From Vibrio vulnificus CMCP6 (lineage in GTDB: Bacteria; Pseudomonadota; Gammaproteobacteria; Enterobacterales; Vibrionaceae): a stretch of 32,000 nucleotides of DNA. Under the pieces are notes generated by a model. That model was not told where the DNA came from. It saw only the letters and a program-made list of their open reading frames with translations, and ran no database searches. The position numbers and the translations under genes are program-made. This document shows positions 1 to 10,578 of this stretch, piece by piece. Location: NCBI RefSeq assembly GCF_000039765.1, contig NC_004459.3, positions 690,001 to 722,000 of the forward strand, read 5' to 3'. The first letter of the stretch is position 1; the number at the start of each line of letters is the position of its first letter.

Positions 1-420
1 CAGTCCCGCAATGATGAACATCGCTTTTAAAAAGTTTTCCATACAAACCGCCACCAACTCTGGGGTATAGCCAAGATGATTGATCTCCACCATTGCGATC
101 ATGGCTTTAAAAGTGAATACGCCGGGAACCATTGGAATCAATGCCGCGACAGTAAACACCTTCGGGTGCGCTAACAAACGCCGTGACCAGTACACACCAA
201 TCATCCCGACTAACGTAGCCGCAAAAAACGTCGCCCATTCAATCGGAATGCCAAATTTCATCATTAAATATCGACTGCCATGACCAATGGCTCCGCCGAG
301 CGCACAATAAATTAACGCTCTCGGTGGCACATTGAACACCAATTCAAACCCAACCGCAGGAATCGCGGCAAAAAACATATCGTTGAGTAAACCGACTAGC
401 AATTCCATTAGCTCGACCAT
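1..420 (-). CDS. yjjB: Threonine/serine exporter family protein, small YjjB-like membrane subunit (partial, C-terminus beyond window)
   Basis: Open frame on the minus strand from ATG at 420 to the window edge; translates as MVELMELLVGLLNDMFFAAIPAVGFELVFNVPPRALIYCALGGAIGHGSRY..., YjjB-like; overlaps the end of the YjjP-like gene. Confidence 0.8.
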   Translation of the reverse strand, partial: MVELMELLVGLLNDMFFAAIPAVGFELVFNVPPRALIYCALGGAIGHGSRYLMMKFGIPIEWATFFAATLVGMIGVYWSRRLLAHPKVFTVAALIPMVPGVFTFKAMIAMVEINHLGYTPELVAVCMENFLKAMFIIAGL

Positions 421-1181
421 CCCCAAATACCCGTTACACTCATCGCCGCGACAATCCCTAAGCTGGTCGCCAACGTCAGTAAACTCGCCATAACGAAGCG
501 AGCAATCCCCATATTGATATGGCCTTTAAGCATATCAGCAACCGAGTTAATCAATGGAAAACCAGGAACCAGCATTAACACAGAAGACGCCATCACCACC
601 GTCGGCAAGTTGCCAATTTCAAGAATGACCGCTTGTGCAGAGATAAGGGTGGTCACGAACGCCGTTGCAGCAAAGTTCAAAAGTGGGTTGAAATGACGAT
701 GTCCGATTTCTTGACGAACGATCATGCCGCAAGCCGAAGCCAAAAATGTCATAGCAAACACGGCCCAATCTCCCCCCGCTAAACGAGCAAAAGAGGCGCA
801 AGAGATGCCGATCATAAACACCACCAACCAGCGGTTGTAACGCTCTGGACTGATATTATTCAGTTTTCTCTGAGCCATCATCGGATCAAGCACCCCTTTT
901 TCCATCATGATGCAAATCCGCTGAATCTCGGTGACCGCTTTCATATTGATACCACGATCGACGCAGCTGCGCGTGGTGGTAATGCAGTGACCATCCATCA
1001 CAGTGGTGACAACCAATGCGTTGGCAGAGAGCGCCACTTCGACTTCACTGACGCCAGATGCAATACCAATGCGGCGCATAATATCGCCCACCAAGGTACT
1101 TTCCGCTCCATGCGCTAATAACATCTGCCCCCGCTTGTGCGACCAGCCGAGAGATGGCTCGCTGTGTTGATGCCATAACAA
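408..1181 (-). CDS. yjjP: Threonine/serine exporter family protein, YjjP-like (ThrE N-terminal domain type)
   Basis: 257 aa ORF with conserved ThrE/YjjP segments (RIGIASGVSEVEVALSANALVVT, VMLVPGFPLINSVADMLKGHINMGIARF). The true start may be internal to the ORF. Confidence 0.85.
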   Translation of the reverse strand: MLWHQHSEPSLGWSHKRGQMLLAHGAESTLVGDIMRRIGIASGVSEVEVALSANALVVTTVMDGHCITTTRSCVDRGINMKAVTEIQRICIMMEKGVLDPMMAQRKLNNISPERYNRWLVVFMIGISCASFARLAGGDWAVFAMTFLASACGMIVRQEIGHRHFNPLLNFAATAFVTTLISAQAVILEIGNLPTVVMASSVLMLVPGFPLINSVADMLKGHINMGIARFVMASLLTLATSLGIVAAMSVTGIWGWSS

Positions 1182-1291
1182 CTTCCTAATTCCTTTTAAT
1201 CGGACCTGTTAATTGAAACAAAAGGCAAAAGCGCCTCGAAAAACAAATATTCTGCCCGAAAAAAATCGGACTAAACATGATTTAGATGCAA

Positions 1292-1319
1292 AAAAGCCGC
1301 AAATAATATTGCGGCTTTT
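1292..1319 (-). terminator. Rho-independent terminator downstream of cgtA
   Basis: Perfect 11 bp inverted repeat AAAAGCCGCAA / TTGCGGCTTTT followed on the minus strand by a T run, just after the cgtA stop. Confidence 0.85.
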
Positions 1320-1335
1320 AATTGTAATATCTCGA

Positions 1336-2508
<1,173 letters not shown>

Positions 2509-2610
2509 TTACTCCGGCTACTTTCGCCCGTAAATCAATATCACTACATTTTAGCAGATGACAGATCGAAGACACCATGAGAGGGTGTTTTGAATATGTC
2601 GACTGCAATA

Positions 2611-2639
2611 AAAAACCCCACCATTACGGCAGGGTTTTT
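2611..2639 (-). terminator. Rho-independent terminator between rpmA and cgtA (potentially bidirectional)
   Basis: AAAAACCC...GGGTTTTT stem with extended ACC/GGC pairing; T-rich 3' side on the minus strand. Confidence 0.75.
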
Positions 2640-2660
2640 CGATTCTGCTAGAAACCTAAA

Positions 2661-2918
2661 TTACTCAGCTTCGATGCTTACGAATTTACGGTTTTTAGGA
2701 CCTTTCACTTCGAACTTAACTTTACCGTCAGTTAGAGCGAATAGAGTGTGGTCTTTACCTAGGCCAACGTTGTTACCAGCGTGGAACTGAGTACCGCGTT
2801 GACGAACGATGATGTTACCTGCAAGAACAGATTCACCACCAAAACGTTTTACACCCAGACGTTTGCTTTCTGAGTCGCGGCCGTTACGAGTAGAACCACC
2901 AGCTTTTTTGTGTGCCAT
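2661..2918 (-). CDS. rpmA: 50S ribosomal protein L27
   Basis: [43 protein letters not shown]... is unmistakable L27. Confidence 0.99.
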   Translation of the reverse strand: MAHKKAGGSTRNGRDSESKRLGVKRFGGESVLAGNIIVRQRGTQFHAGNNVGLGKDHTLFALTDGKVKFEVKGPKNRKFVSIEAE

Positions 2919-2938
2919 TGTTAAACTCTCCTAATAGA

Positions 2939-3250
2939 TTACGCGTTGATACCAGTGATTTTCACTTCCGTGAACCACTGACGGTGACCTTGTTGCTTAC
3001 GAGAGTGCTTACGACGACGGAACTTAACGATTTTAACTTTATCGCCACGACCGTGTTGTACAACTTCAGCAACTACTTTACCGCCCTCTACTAGAGGAGC
3101 ACCAACTTTGATGTCTTCGCCGTTAGCAACAAGAAGAACTTTATCAAATTCAACAGTTGCACCAGTTTCAACGTCTAATTTCTCTAAACGAAGAGTTTGA
3201 CCTTCGCTTACACGGTGTTGTTTACCACCAGATTGGAAAACAGCGTACAT
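2939..3250 (-). CDS. rplU: 50S ribosomal protein L21
   Basis: [25 protein letters not shown]... L21 signature; adjacent to rpmA. Confidence 0.99.
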
Positions 3251-3335
3251 ATTTTACTCCGCTCTTTCCGCACAGCCTATGCCTATATTTTGTGCAATAA
3301 GGGTGTGCGCTAAACTAATCATCAATAGGGCGCAG

Positions 3336-3364
3336 ATTCTACAGAAAGGATCTCCCTATGACAA
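3336..3364 (-). promoter_or_regulatory. Sigma70-type promoter for rplU-rpmA
   Basis: On the minus strand: TTGTCA (-35), 17 bp spacer, TAGAAT (-10), followed by CTGCGCCC discriminator, upstream of rplU. Confidence 0.75.
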
Positions 3365-3521
3365 GCCATATTTTGAAAAAATTGGCGAAAAGCTAATCGC
3401 CAAATAAAAGTGCGGCAATCATGCCCTTTAGTAATGTATTAATCAATGTTTTTTAGTGTATTATTCGACAATTATACAAATCGATTAAGCCTTGCAGGGT
3501 CTAACTTCAGCCGGATATACG

Positions 3522-4493
3522 ATGGATTTTAAAACTATCCAAGCGCTTACTGCCGATGACATGGCAAAAGTGAATGAAACAATTCAAGCCCAACTCAATT
3601 CTGATGTCTCTTTAATCAATCAACTTGGTTTTTATATCATCAGTGGTGGTGGCAAACGTCTTCGCCCTCTTTTGGCCGTGCTTTCAGCGCGAGCGTTAGG
3701 CTATCAGGGTAATGCTCACACAACCGCAGCCGCTTTCATCGAGTTTATTCATACCGCAACCTTGCTGCACGATGATGTGGTGGATGAGTCTGATATGCGT
3801 CGTGGCAAAGCCACCGCTAACGCTGCCTTTGGCAACGCTGCCAGCGTTTTGGTTGGCGACTTCATCTACACACGCTCCTTTCAGATGATGACAGAGCTAG
3901 GATCCATGAAGATCCTGAAGCTCATGAGCGATGCCGTTAACATCATTGCAGAAGGGGAAGTATTGCAGTTAATGAACTGTAACGATCCTGATACCACTGA
4001 AGAAAGCTACATGCAGGTGATCTACTCTAAGACCGCACGCCTGTTTGAAGCCGCAACACAGATTGGTGCCATACTCAATGATGCTCCGGCGGAAGTCGAA
4101 ACCGCACTGCAAAATTATGGCAAGTATCTCGGTACCGCGTTTCAGTTGATCGATGATGTGATGGATTACACCTCAGATGGCGAAGAAATGGGCAAAAACG
4201 TTGGGGATGATCTCGCTGAAGGCAAACCTACTCTGCCCTTGTTACATGCCATGCGTCATACCAATGCAGAGAATGCGCAGATGATCCGCGAAGCGATCGA
4301 GAATGCCAATGGGATGGAACGTCTAGATGACATTCTGGCTGTAATGCAACAAGCAGGTTCGTTGACCTATACTGAAGCAAAAGCAATGGAAGAAGCCGAT
4401 AAGGCCATTGCGGAATTACAGGTATTACCTGAGTCTGAATACAAGCAAGCATTGATTGCACTTGCACATATGGCGGTCAAGCGCAGCAAATAG
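3522..4493 (+). CDS. ispB: Octaprenyl diphosphate synthase (polyprenyl synthetase)
   Basis: DDVVDESDMRRG (first Asp-rich motif) and LIDDVMDYTSD (second); start chosen at internal ATG 3522 (MDFKTIQALTADDMAKVNE) rather than the 3492 start of the ORF track. Confidence 0.95.
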   Translation: MDFKTIQALTADDMAKVNETIQAQLNSDVSLINQLGFYIISGGGKRLRPLLAVLSARALGYQGNAHTTAAAFIEFIHTATLLHDDVVDESDMRRGKATANAAFGNAASVLVGDFIYTRSFQMMTELGSMKILKLMSDAVNIIAEGEVLQLMNCNDPDTTEESYMQVIYSKTARLFEAATQIGAILNDAPAEVETALQNYGKYLGTAFQLIDDVMDYTSDGEEMGKNVGDDLAEGKPTLPLLHAMRHTNAENAQMIREAIENANGMERLDDILAVMQQAGSLTYTEAKAMEEADKAIAELQVLPESEYKQALIALAHMAVKRSK

Positions 4494-4501
4494 TAAGAGC
4501 A

Positions 4502-4529
4502 AAGAAAGGGAGCAATGGCTCCCTTTCTT
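4502..4529 (+). terminator. Rho-independent terminator after ispB
   Basis: 12 bp inverted repeat AAGAAAGGGAGC / GCTCCCTTTCTT with AATG loop, T-rich downstream. Confidence 0.8.
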
Positions 4530-4564
4530 CTTTGTTGATTCGAATACTATCAACCACAAACAAA

Positions 4565-4588
4565 AAAGCCGATCCAACGATCGGCTTT
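4565..4588 (-). terminator. Rho-independent terminator after mdh (likely bidirectional)
   Basis: AAAGCCGATC / GATCGGCTTT with CAAC loop, A/T tracts on both sides, between the convergent ispB and mdh. Confidence 0.85.
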
Positions 4589-4615
4589 GTTTTTCTAACA
4601 CTCACATTCGCTGAC

Positions 4616-5548
4616 TTACTTTACGAAGTCCACGCCAATTTGAATGTCACTGTTAAGCGTTTCTAGCATGCCATCTAGCGCTGCTTTTTCGAAATCACTT
4701 AGCTCACCGTAAGGTAGGATCTCTTCAACACCCTCTTTGCCAAGTTTCACTGGCTGTGCAAAGAAGCTAGCATGCTCGCCGTTACCTTCAACGTAAGCGT
4801 ATTCGATCACTTCTTCACCCTGCAGTGCTTTCACGAGCGCAAGACCAAAGCGACACGCAGCCTGACCCATTGAAAGTGTTGCACTACCGCCACCCGCTTT
4901 CGCTTCAACCACTTCAGTACCTGCATTTTGGATACGTTTGGTTAGGGCTGCAATTTCTTCGTCGCTAAACTCGACACCTTCCACTTGAGAAAGAAGAGGC
5001 AGAATCGTCACACCAGAGTGACCACCAATCACTGGTACACGGACTTCACCTGGATCTTGACCTTTCAGCTCAGCAACAAACGTTTCTGAACGGATCACAT
5101 CCAACGTCGTCACACCAAAAAGTTTACGCTTGTCATAAACGCCCGCTTTTTTCAGAACTTCTGCTGCAATTGGCACAGTGGTGTTCACCGGGTTGGTGAT
5201 GATACCAATACAAGCATTTGGACAAACCACGGCAATGCGCTCAGCAAGTGATTTGACGATACCAGCATTGACATTAAATAGATCCGCACGATCCATACCT
5301 GGCTTACGCGCAACACCAGCAGAAATAAGAACCACATCAGCACCTTCTAGTGCTGGCGTTGGATCTTCACCGGCATAACCTTTGATCGAAACGTGGGTTG
5401 GGATGTGGCTTAGGTCTGCAGCAACACCCGGAGTAACCGGAGCAATATCATATAGGGCTAAATCAGAACCCGCTGGAAGGCGGTTTTTCAGTAAAAGAGC
5501 TAGGGCTTGACCGATGCCACCAGCGGCACCAATAACAGCTACTTTCAT
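4616..5548 (-). CDS. mdh: NAD-dependent malate dehydrogenase
   Basis: [41 protein letters not shown]... with [15 protein letters not shown] active-site region. Confidence 0.98.
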   Translation of the reverse strand: MKVAVIGAAGGIGQALALLLKNRLPAGSDLALYDIAPVTPGVAADLSHIPTHVSIKGYAGEDPTPALEGADVVLISAGVARKPGMDRADLFNVNAGIVKSLAERIAVVCPNACIGIITNPVNTTVPIAAEVLKKAGVYDKRKLFGVTTLDVIRSETFVAELKGQDPGEVRVPVIGGHSGVTILPLLSQVEGVEFSDEEIAALTKRIQNAGTEVVEAKAGGGSATLSMGQAACRFGLALVKALQGEEVIEYAYVEGNGEHASFFAQPVKLGKEGVEEILPYGELSDFEKAALDGMLETLNSDIQIGVDFVK

Positions 5549-5866
5549 TGTAGTTCTCCTTGAGAGCGATCTCTTATAGACGTTTTAGTAGGGTATTTTG
5601 TAAACAACTGTGTAGAACGCTATAGCAATTACAACTTGATTACAATCAATTAACGCTCGCTTTGCGACCTTGCGCAACTCGATTATCGCGTGCCACATTC
5701 ACCTCGGCCATTATCCACATAAATTGTAGGTATGACAAAGGCTTAAGCATGAAAGAAATTGACTACATTTCTTGCTTTGTTCGCCATTCACTGCGCTAAT
5801 CGGACAGTAATCTGTTTAAAATTTACAGTGATACAACTAACAGATTGCAATCAGCTTTTGGCACTG

Positions 5867-5892
5867 AGTGAATATCTATGCGAAAATATGCA
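5867..5892 (+). promoter_or_regulatory. Possible ARG-box-like (ArgR operator) sequence upstream of argR
   Basis: AGTGAATATCTATGCGAAAATATGCA resembles degenerate ARG box half-sites (TGAAT...ATTCA type); several mismatches, so tentative. Confidence 0.3.
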
Positions 5893-5920
5893 AAACGTTA
5901 AGAAATGGAATGTGGATTTT

Positions 5921-6391
5921 ATGCGCCCATCAGAAAAACAAGACAACCTAGTACGCGCTTTTAAAGCTTTATTGAAAGAAGAACGCTTTGGTTCTCAAGG
6001 TGAAATTGTTGAAGCCCTGAAACAAGAAGGCTTTGAAAACATTAACCAATCTAAAGTTTCTCGCATGCTGACCAAGTTTGGTGCCGTTCGTACCCGCAAT
6101 GCGAAAATGGAAATGGTTTACTGCCTACCCACCGAACTGGGTGTTCCGACCGTCAGCAGTTCTTTGCGTGAATTGGTTTTAGATGTTGATCATAACCAAG
6201 CATTAGTGGTCATCCATACTGGCCCTGGTGCGGCACAGCTTATTGCCCGTATGCTCGATTCTCTTGGTAAATCGGAAGGCATCCTTGGCGTGGTGGCGGG
6301 TGATGACACCATCTTCATTACCCCTACCCTAACAATCACGACAGAACAACTGTTTAAATCGGTCTGCGAATTGTTTGAATACGCGGGCTAA
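5921..6391 (+). CDS. argR: Arginine repressor
   Basis: [50 protein letters not shown]...; conserved start at ATG 5921, not the extended ORF start at 5759. Confidence 0.97.
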   Translation: MRPSEKQDNLVRAFKALLKEERFGSQGEIVEALKQEGFENINQSKVSRMLTKFGAVRTRNAKMEMVYCLPTELGVPTVSSSLRELVLDVDHNQALVVIHTGPGAAQLIARMLDSLGKSEGILGVVAGDDTIFITPTLTITTEQLFKSVCELFEYAG

Positions 6392-6403
6392 CTAACGGCA
6401 AAC

Positions 6404-6441
6404 AATGCTCACTTTAGCGATGCTTTGGTGAGCATTTTGTT
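6404..6441 (+). terminator. Rho-independent terminator after argR
   Basis: 9 bp perfect stem AATGCTCAC / GTGAGCATT followed by TTGTTTG. Confidence 0.75.
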
Positions 6442-6471
6442 TGAAATGCATTCAAATACGCGTTAATTGTT

Positions 6472-6487
6472 CGTGATCTAATTCACG
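6472..6487 (+). promoter_or_regulatory. CRP/FNR-family-like palindromic operator
   Basis: CGTGATCTAATTCACG: perfect CGTGA-N6-TCACG palindrome, close to the CRP consensus TGTGA-N6-TCACA. Confidence 0.45.
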
Positions 6488-6756
6488 CATTCAACCAAAT
6501 CTCTACCAAGATAAGCATCAATTTAACTCATTGATCTAAAAGAACCTAACACTAAAAAAACGTCACTCCTATTCTCTTTCCTTAGATTTTTTCGCTATAA
6601 GTTTTAACAATTGTATAATTATCTGCCAATTATTTGTTATTATTCCGCCACTTTTCCAAACGATTGGATTGGAAAAGATGCCGTTTCCAAACAGGAAACC
6701 CCTGAAGATAATTTGTTATGCTTCTGGGTTAATAATGGATAAAGGAAGGAACATTC

Positions 6757-7725
6757 ATGGCATTAAATACGCTGATTAAAGTGGGTGCAATTGCTGCTGC
6801 CGTTATGGGCGCAGGTGCGGTTCACGCTCAAGAATTTATTACGATTGGTACAGGTTCAGTGACGGGTGTTTACTACCCTACGGGTGGCGCCATCTGTAAA
6901 CTGGTCAACAAAGATCGTAAAGATCACAATATCCGTTGTTCTGTAGAATCAACGGGCGGTTCGATCTACAACGTCAATACCATCCGCTCTGGCGAGTTGG
7001 ACTTTGGTATTGTTCAGTCTGACTGGCAATACCATGGCTACAAAGGCACTAGTAAATTTGAAGAGCAAGGCCCTTACACTAAGCTGCGTGCCATGTTCTC
7101 TCTTCATACCGAACCTTTTAACATCATTGCACGCTCTGACGCAGGCATCGACAAGCTTGAAGATCTGAAAGGCAAGCGCGTCAACATCGGTAACCCTGGC
7201 TCGGGCGATCACGCAACGATGAGCGTGGTGATGGATGCTATGGGTTGGAACAACGACAGCTTCAAGCTAGCATCAGAGCTAAAAGGTTCTGAGCGTTCGC
7301 AAGCCCTATGTGACAACAAGATCGACGCGTTCATTTACATGGTTGGTCACCCAAATGGCTCAATCAAAGAAGCGACTACGTCTTGTGACGCCAAACTGGT
7401 GTCCGCAACAGGTCCACAGATCGACAAAATTGTTGCTGACAACCCATACTATGCTTACAGCACCGTGCCTGCTGGTATGTACCGTGGCACTGATAAAGAC
7501 GTGAAGAGCTTTGGTGTAGCGGCAACGCTTGTCACCACTGCCGATGTGTCTGACGACGTGGCTTACAACGTGGCGAAAGCGGTATTCGAGAACTTCGATA
7601 CCTTCAAACGTCTACACCCTGCGTTTGCTACCCTTAAGAAAGAGGATATGGTGAGCGCTGGTATTTCTATCCCACTACACCCAGGTGCAGTGAAATACTA
7701 CAAAGAAGTGGGTCTGCTGAAATAA
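6757..7725 (+). CDS. TAXI family TRAP transporter solute-binding subunit
   Basis: Signal peptide (AAAVMGAGAVHAQ), then FITIGTGSVTGVYYPTGGAICKLVNKDRK... diagnostic of the TAXI family. Confidence 0.95.
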   Translation: MALNTLIKVGAIAAAVMGAGAVHAQEFITIGTGSVTGVYYPTGGAICKLVNKDRKDHNIRCSVESTGGSIYNVNTIRSGELDFGIVQSDWQYHGYKGTSKFEEQGPYTKLRAMFSLHTEPFNIIARSDAGIDKLEDLKGKRVNIGNPGSGDHATMSVVMDAMGWNNDSFKLASELKGSERSQALCDNKIDAFIYMVGHPNGSIKEATTSCDAKLVSATGPQIDKIVADNPYYAYSTVPAGMYRGTDKDVKSFGVAATLVTTADVSDDVAYNVAKAVFENFDTFKRLHPAFATLKKEDMVSAGISIPLHPGAVKYYKEVGLLK

Positions 7726-7739
7726 GCACCCCCACGGTT

Positions 7740-7766
7740 CAGGCAGGAAGGCCATCTTCCTGCCTG
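7740..7766 (+). promoter_or_regulatory. Intercistronic hairpin between the TAXI binding-protein and TRAP permease genes
   Basis: 11 bp perfect inverted repeat CAGGCAGGAAG-gccat-CTTCCTGCCTG with no following T tract. Confidence 0.6.
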
Positions 7767-7920
7767 CGATTCAATCCTGATCCCGACTTCAATCATTCTG
7801 TTGTCTGATTTGCCGTTACAATCTCATTAATTCAGACAGCATTGAGTTCACTGCCCTCTCCGACTTCAGAATTGGAAGGGTGACAGCATCAACTAGACCA
7901 TCAATAACAAGGAAACGTAC

Positions 7921-10500
7921 ATGACGACGAATACCACTCCGTCACAAGATGTGCAAGAAATGGTGGCTCAAGCCGATACTGGCGCACGTAACCCGGCAGG
8001 GTTACAGGGACGAATCCTTTGGTTTGTTCCTCTTTGCTGGTCATTGTTTCAATTATGGTACGCTTCACCGCTGCCGTTTATTTTCGATTTCGCCGTTCTT
8101 AATGACACGCAGGCACGAGCTGTACATTTAACCTTTGCTATCTTTCTTGCTTTCACTGCTTACCCTGCACTGAAAAGCTCACCTAGAGAGCACATCCCTG
8201 CCCTCGATTGGGTATTGGCTTTACTCGGCAGTTTCTCTGCTTCCTACATCTACATCTTCTACACCGAGCTTGCTGGCCGTTCAGGCGCTCCAACGACGAT
8301 GGATGTTGTGGTAGCAGTCACTGGCATGGTGCTGTTGCTTGAAGCCACTCGTAGAGCGTTGGGCCCTCCTTTAATGCTCGTGGCCGCTCTTTTTCTCTTT
8401 TATACCTTTGCCGGTCCCTACATGCCGGATGTCATTGCCCATAAAGGGGCAAGCATCAACAAAGCGATGTCCCATTTATGGTTGACCACGGAAGGCGTGT
8501 TCGGCGTTGCTCTTGGCGTATCCACCTCGTTTGTGTTCTTGTTTGTACTCTTTGGTGCCATGCTGGAACGCGCAGGTGCGGGGGCATACTTTATTAAAGT
8601 GGCCTTCTCATTGCTCGGCCATATGCGTGGTGGGCCGGCCAAAGCGGCCGTGGTAGCCTCCGGTTTATCAGGGCTTGTTTCTGGTTCTTCCATCGCCAAC
8701 GTGGTCACCACGGGTACCTTTACGATTCCCTTAATGAAGCGGGTTGGATTCCCAGGAACAAAGGCTGGCGCCGTCGAGGTGGCAGCATCAACCAATGGGC
8801 AATTAACGCCGCCGATCATGGGGGCTGCAGCTTTCTTGATGGTGGAATACGTTGGTATTTCTTACGTTGAAGTCATTAAAGCGGCCATTCTGCCGGCCTT
8901 AATTTCTTATATTGCGCTGATTTATATTGTTCACTTAGAAGCGTGTAAAGCAGGTATGACAGGCTTACCTCGCCGCCATAACCCAACGTTAGTGCAAAGC
9001 TTGCTCTCCTTTACAGGTACGATTTTAGGATTGTGTGTCGTCAGTGCGGTGGTTTACTACGGCATCGGTTGGACCAAGGATGTCTTTGGCGATGCCGCGA
9101 CACCAATGGTGACCATTGCCTTACTGGTTGCCTATGTGGGCTTAGTCAAAATTTCCGCCAATCATGCGCAAGATGGCGCCTTGGAAATCGATGCAGAACT
9201 GACCGAAGTGCCCGACCCAGGACCGACGATCAAATCGGGTTTGCACTTCCTGCTTCCGATTGTTGTACTTGTTTGGTGTCTCACCGTTGAACGCTTTTCT
9301 CCTGGCCTTTCAGCGTTTTGGGCGACGGTGTTCATGATCTTTATTCTTCTCACTCAACGTCCTTTGATGGCGTTGATGAACAAGAGTGGCGACATTGCAC
9401 AGCAAACCAAGGCTGGTTGGACCGATCTGTTAGAGAGCTTAGTATCGGGCGCTCGCAATATGATTGGCATCGGTGTCGCAACCGCCGCTGCGGGTACCGT
9501 TGTCGGCGTGGTGACCCTAACCGGGATCGGTTTGGTCATGACCGATTTTGTTGAGTTCATTTCCGGCGGCAGCGTGATCATGATGCTGATCTTCACCGCA
9601 GTGATCAGCTTGATCCTTGGTATGGGACTCCCTACAACCGCGAACTACATTGTGGTGTCGACCTTGATGGCGCCAGTGATCGTCACGCTAGGCGCTCAGC
9701 ACGGCTTGATCATTCCACTTATCGCCGTCCACCTGTTTGTGTTCTATTTTGGTATTTTGGCCGATGATACCCCTCCAGTTGGCTTAGCTGCGTTTGCTGC
9801 GGCTGCGATTGCGAAATCCGACCCAATCCGCACTGGTATCCAAGGGTTTGCCTACGACATTCGTACCGCTATCTTGCCATTCATGTTTGTCTTCAATACT
9901 CAGCTCTTGTTGATGGGCATTGATACCTGGTGGCACTTGCTGTTAACGATACTCTCCTCGATTATCGCCATGCTGATCTTCTCCGCGGCCACACAAGGCT
10001 GGTGGTTCACCAAAAACAAATGGTGGGAAACGCTGTTACTGCTCATACTTACGTTCTCGTTCTTCCGTCCAGGCTTCTGGTGGGACATGATTTACCCAGC
10101 CAAAGTTCTTTCACCAGGTATTGAGATAGAGCAAATCACTCAGAAGCTAGATGTAGGACAATCACTGGAGCTTCGTGTAGCTGGTACCAATCTAGAAGGT
10201 GATTTCACTGAAAAGACGGTCCGTTTACCTTTTGATGATAATGCGACAACCGCACTTGAACGTCTTCAGTCGATGGGGCTTTCCCTCGTTGAAGATCAAG
10301 GCAAGATGCTGGTTGATATGGTTGAATTTGACAGCCCTGCTGAAGCATCCGGTATCGATTTCGATTGGGAAATCAAATGGGTGGTAGAAGAAGCAGATCG
10401 ACCAATGAAAGAATGGGTGTTTGTCCCTTGTTTGCTGATCCTTATTTTCATGGCAGCAAATCAGAAACGCCGAATTCGATCTCAACTCATTCAAGCGTAA
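7921..10500 (+). CDS. TRAP transporter permease, fused 4TM/12TM subunit, with C-terminal DUF3394-like extension
   Basis: 859 aa; many TM segments, GLVSGSSIANVVTTGTFTIPLMKRVGF and GLPTTANYIVV motifs of the fused TRAP permease family; extra soluble segment after about residue 700. Confidence 0.95.
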   Translation: MTTNTTPSQDVQEMVAQADTGARNPAGLQGRILWFVPLCWSLFQLWYASPLPFIFDFAVLNDTQARAVHLTFAIFLAFTAYPALKSSPREHIPALDWVLALLGSFSASYIYIFYTELAGRSGAPTTMDVVVAVTGMVLLLEATRRALGPPLMLVAALFLFYTFAGPYMPDVIAHKGASINKAMSHLWLTTEGVFGVALGVSTSFVFLFVLFGAMLERAGAGAYFIKVAFSLLGHMRGGPAKAAVVASGLSGLVSGSSIANVVTTGTFTIPLMKRVGFPGTKAGAVEVAASTNGQLTPPIMGAAAFLMVEYVGISYVEVIKAAILPALISYIALIYIVHLEACKAGMTGLPRRHNPTLVQSLLSFTGTILGLCVVSAVVYYGIGWTKDVFGDAATPMVTIALLVAYVGLVKISANHAQDGALEIDAELTEVPDPGPTIKSGLHFLLPIVVLVWCLTVERFSPGLSAFWATVFMIFILLTQRPLMALMNKSGDIAQQTKAGWTDLLESLVSGARNMIGIGVATAAAGTVVGVVTLTGIGLVMTDFVEFISGGSVIMMLIFTAVISLILGMGLPTTANYIVVSTLMAPVIVTLGAQHGLIIPLIAVHLFVFYFGILADDTPPVGLAAFAAAAIAKSDPIRTGIQGFAYDIRTAILPFMFVFNTQLLLMGIDTWWHLLLTILSSIIAMLIFSAATQGWWFTKNKWWETLLLLILTFSFFRPGFWWDMIYPAKVLSPGIEIEQITQKLDVGQSLELRVAGTNLEGDFTEKTVRLPFDDNATTALERLQSMGLSLVEDQGKMLVDMVEFDSPAEASGIDFDWEIKWVVEEADRPMKEWVFVPCLLILIFMAANQKRRIRSQLIQA

Positions 10501-10506
10501 ACATCA

Positions 10507-10530
10507 ATAGCCCCGTGAAATCGGGGCTAT
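10507..10530 (+). terminator. Hairpin/weak terminator between TRAP permease and usp genes
   Basis: ATAGCCCCG-tgaaat-CGGGGCTAT perfect stem followed by ATTTATCTC (poor T tract). Confidence 0.55.
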
Positions 10531-10578
10531 ATTTATCTCAAAACAGTATGCTGAAATAACAACAATAGAGATCATACC

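Noticed and set aside
5759-5920. 54 aa N-terminal extension of ArgR in the ORF track
   Set aside because: Known ArgR proteins begin at MRPSEKQ-like sequence; the extension covers the likely promoter/operator.
8418-8819. 133 aa minus-strand ORF inside the TRAP permease gene
   Set aside because: Shadow ORF antisense to a confidently assigned CDS; composition looks like a reverse frame and there is no family resemblance or independent context.
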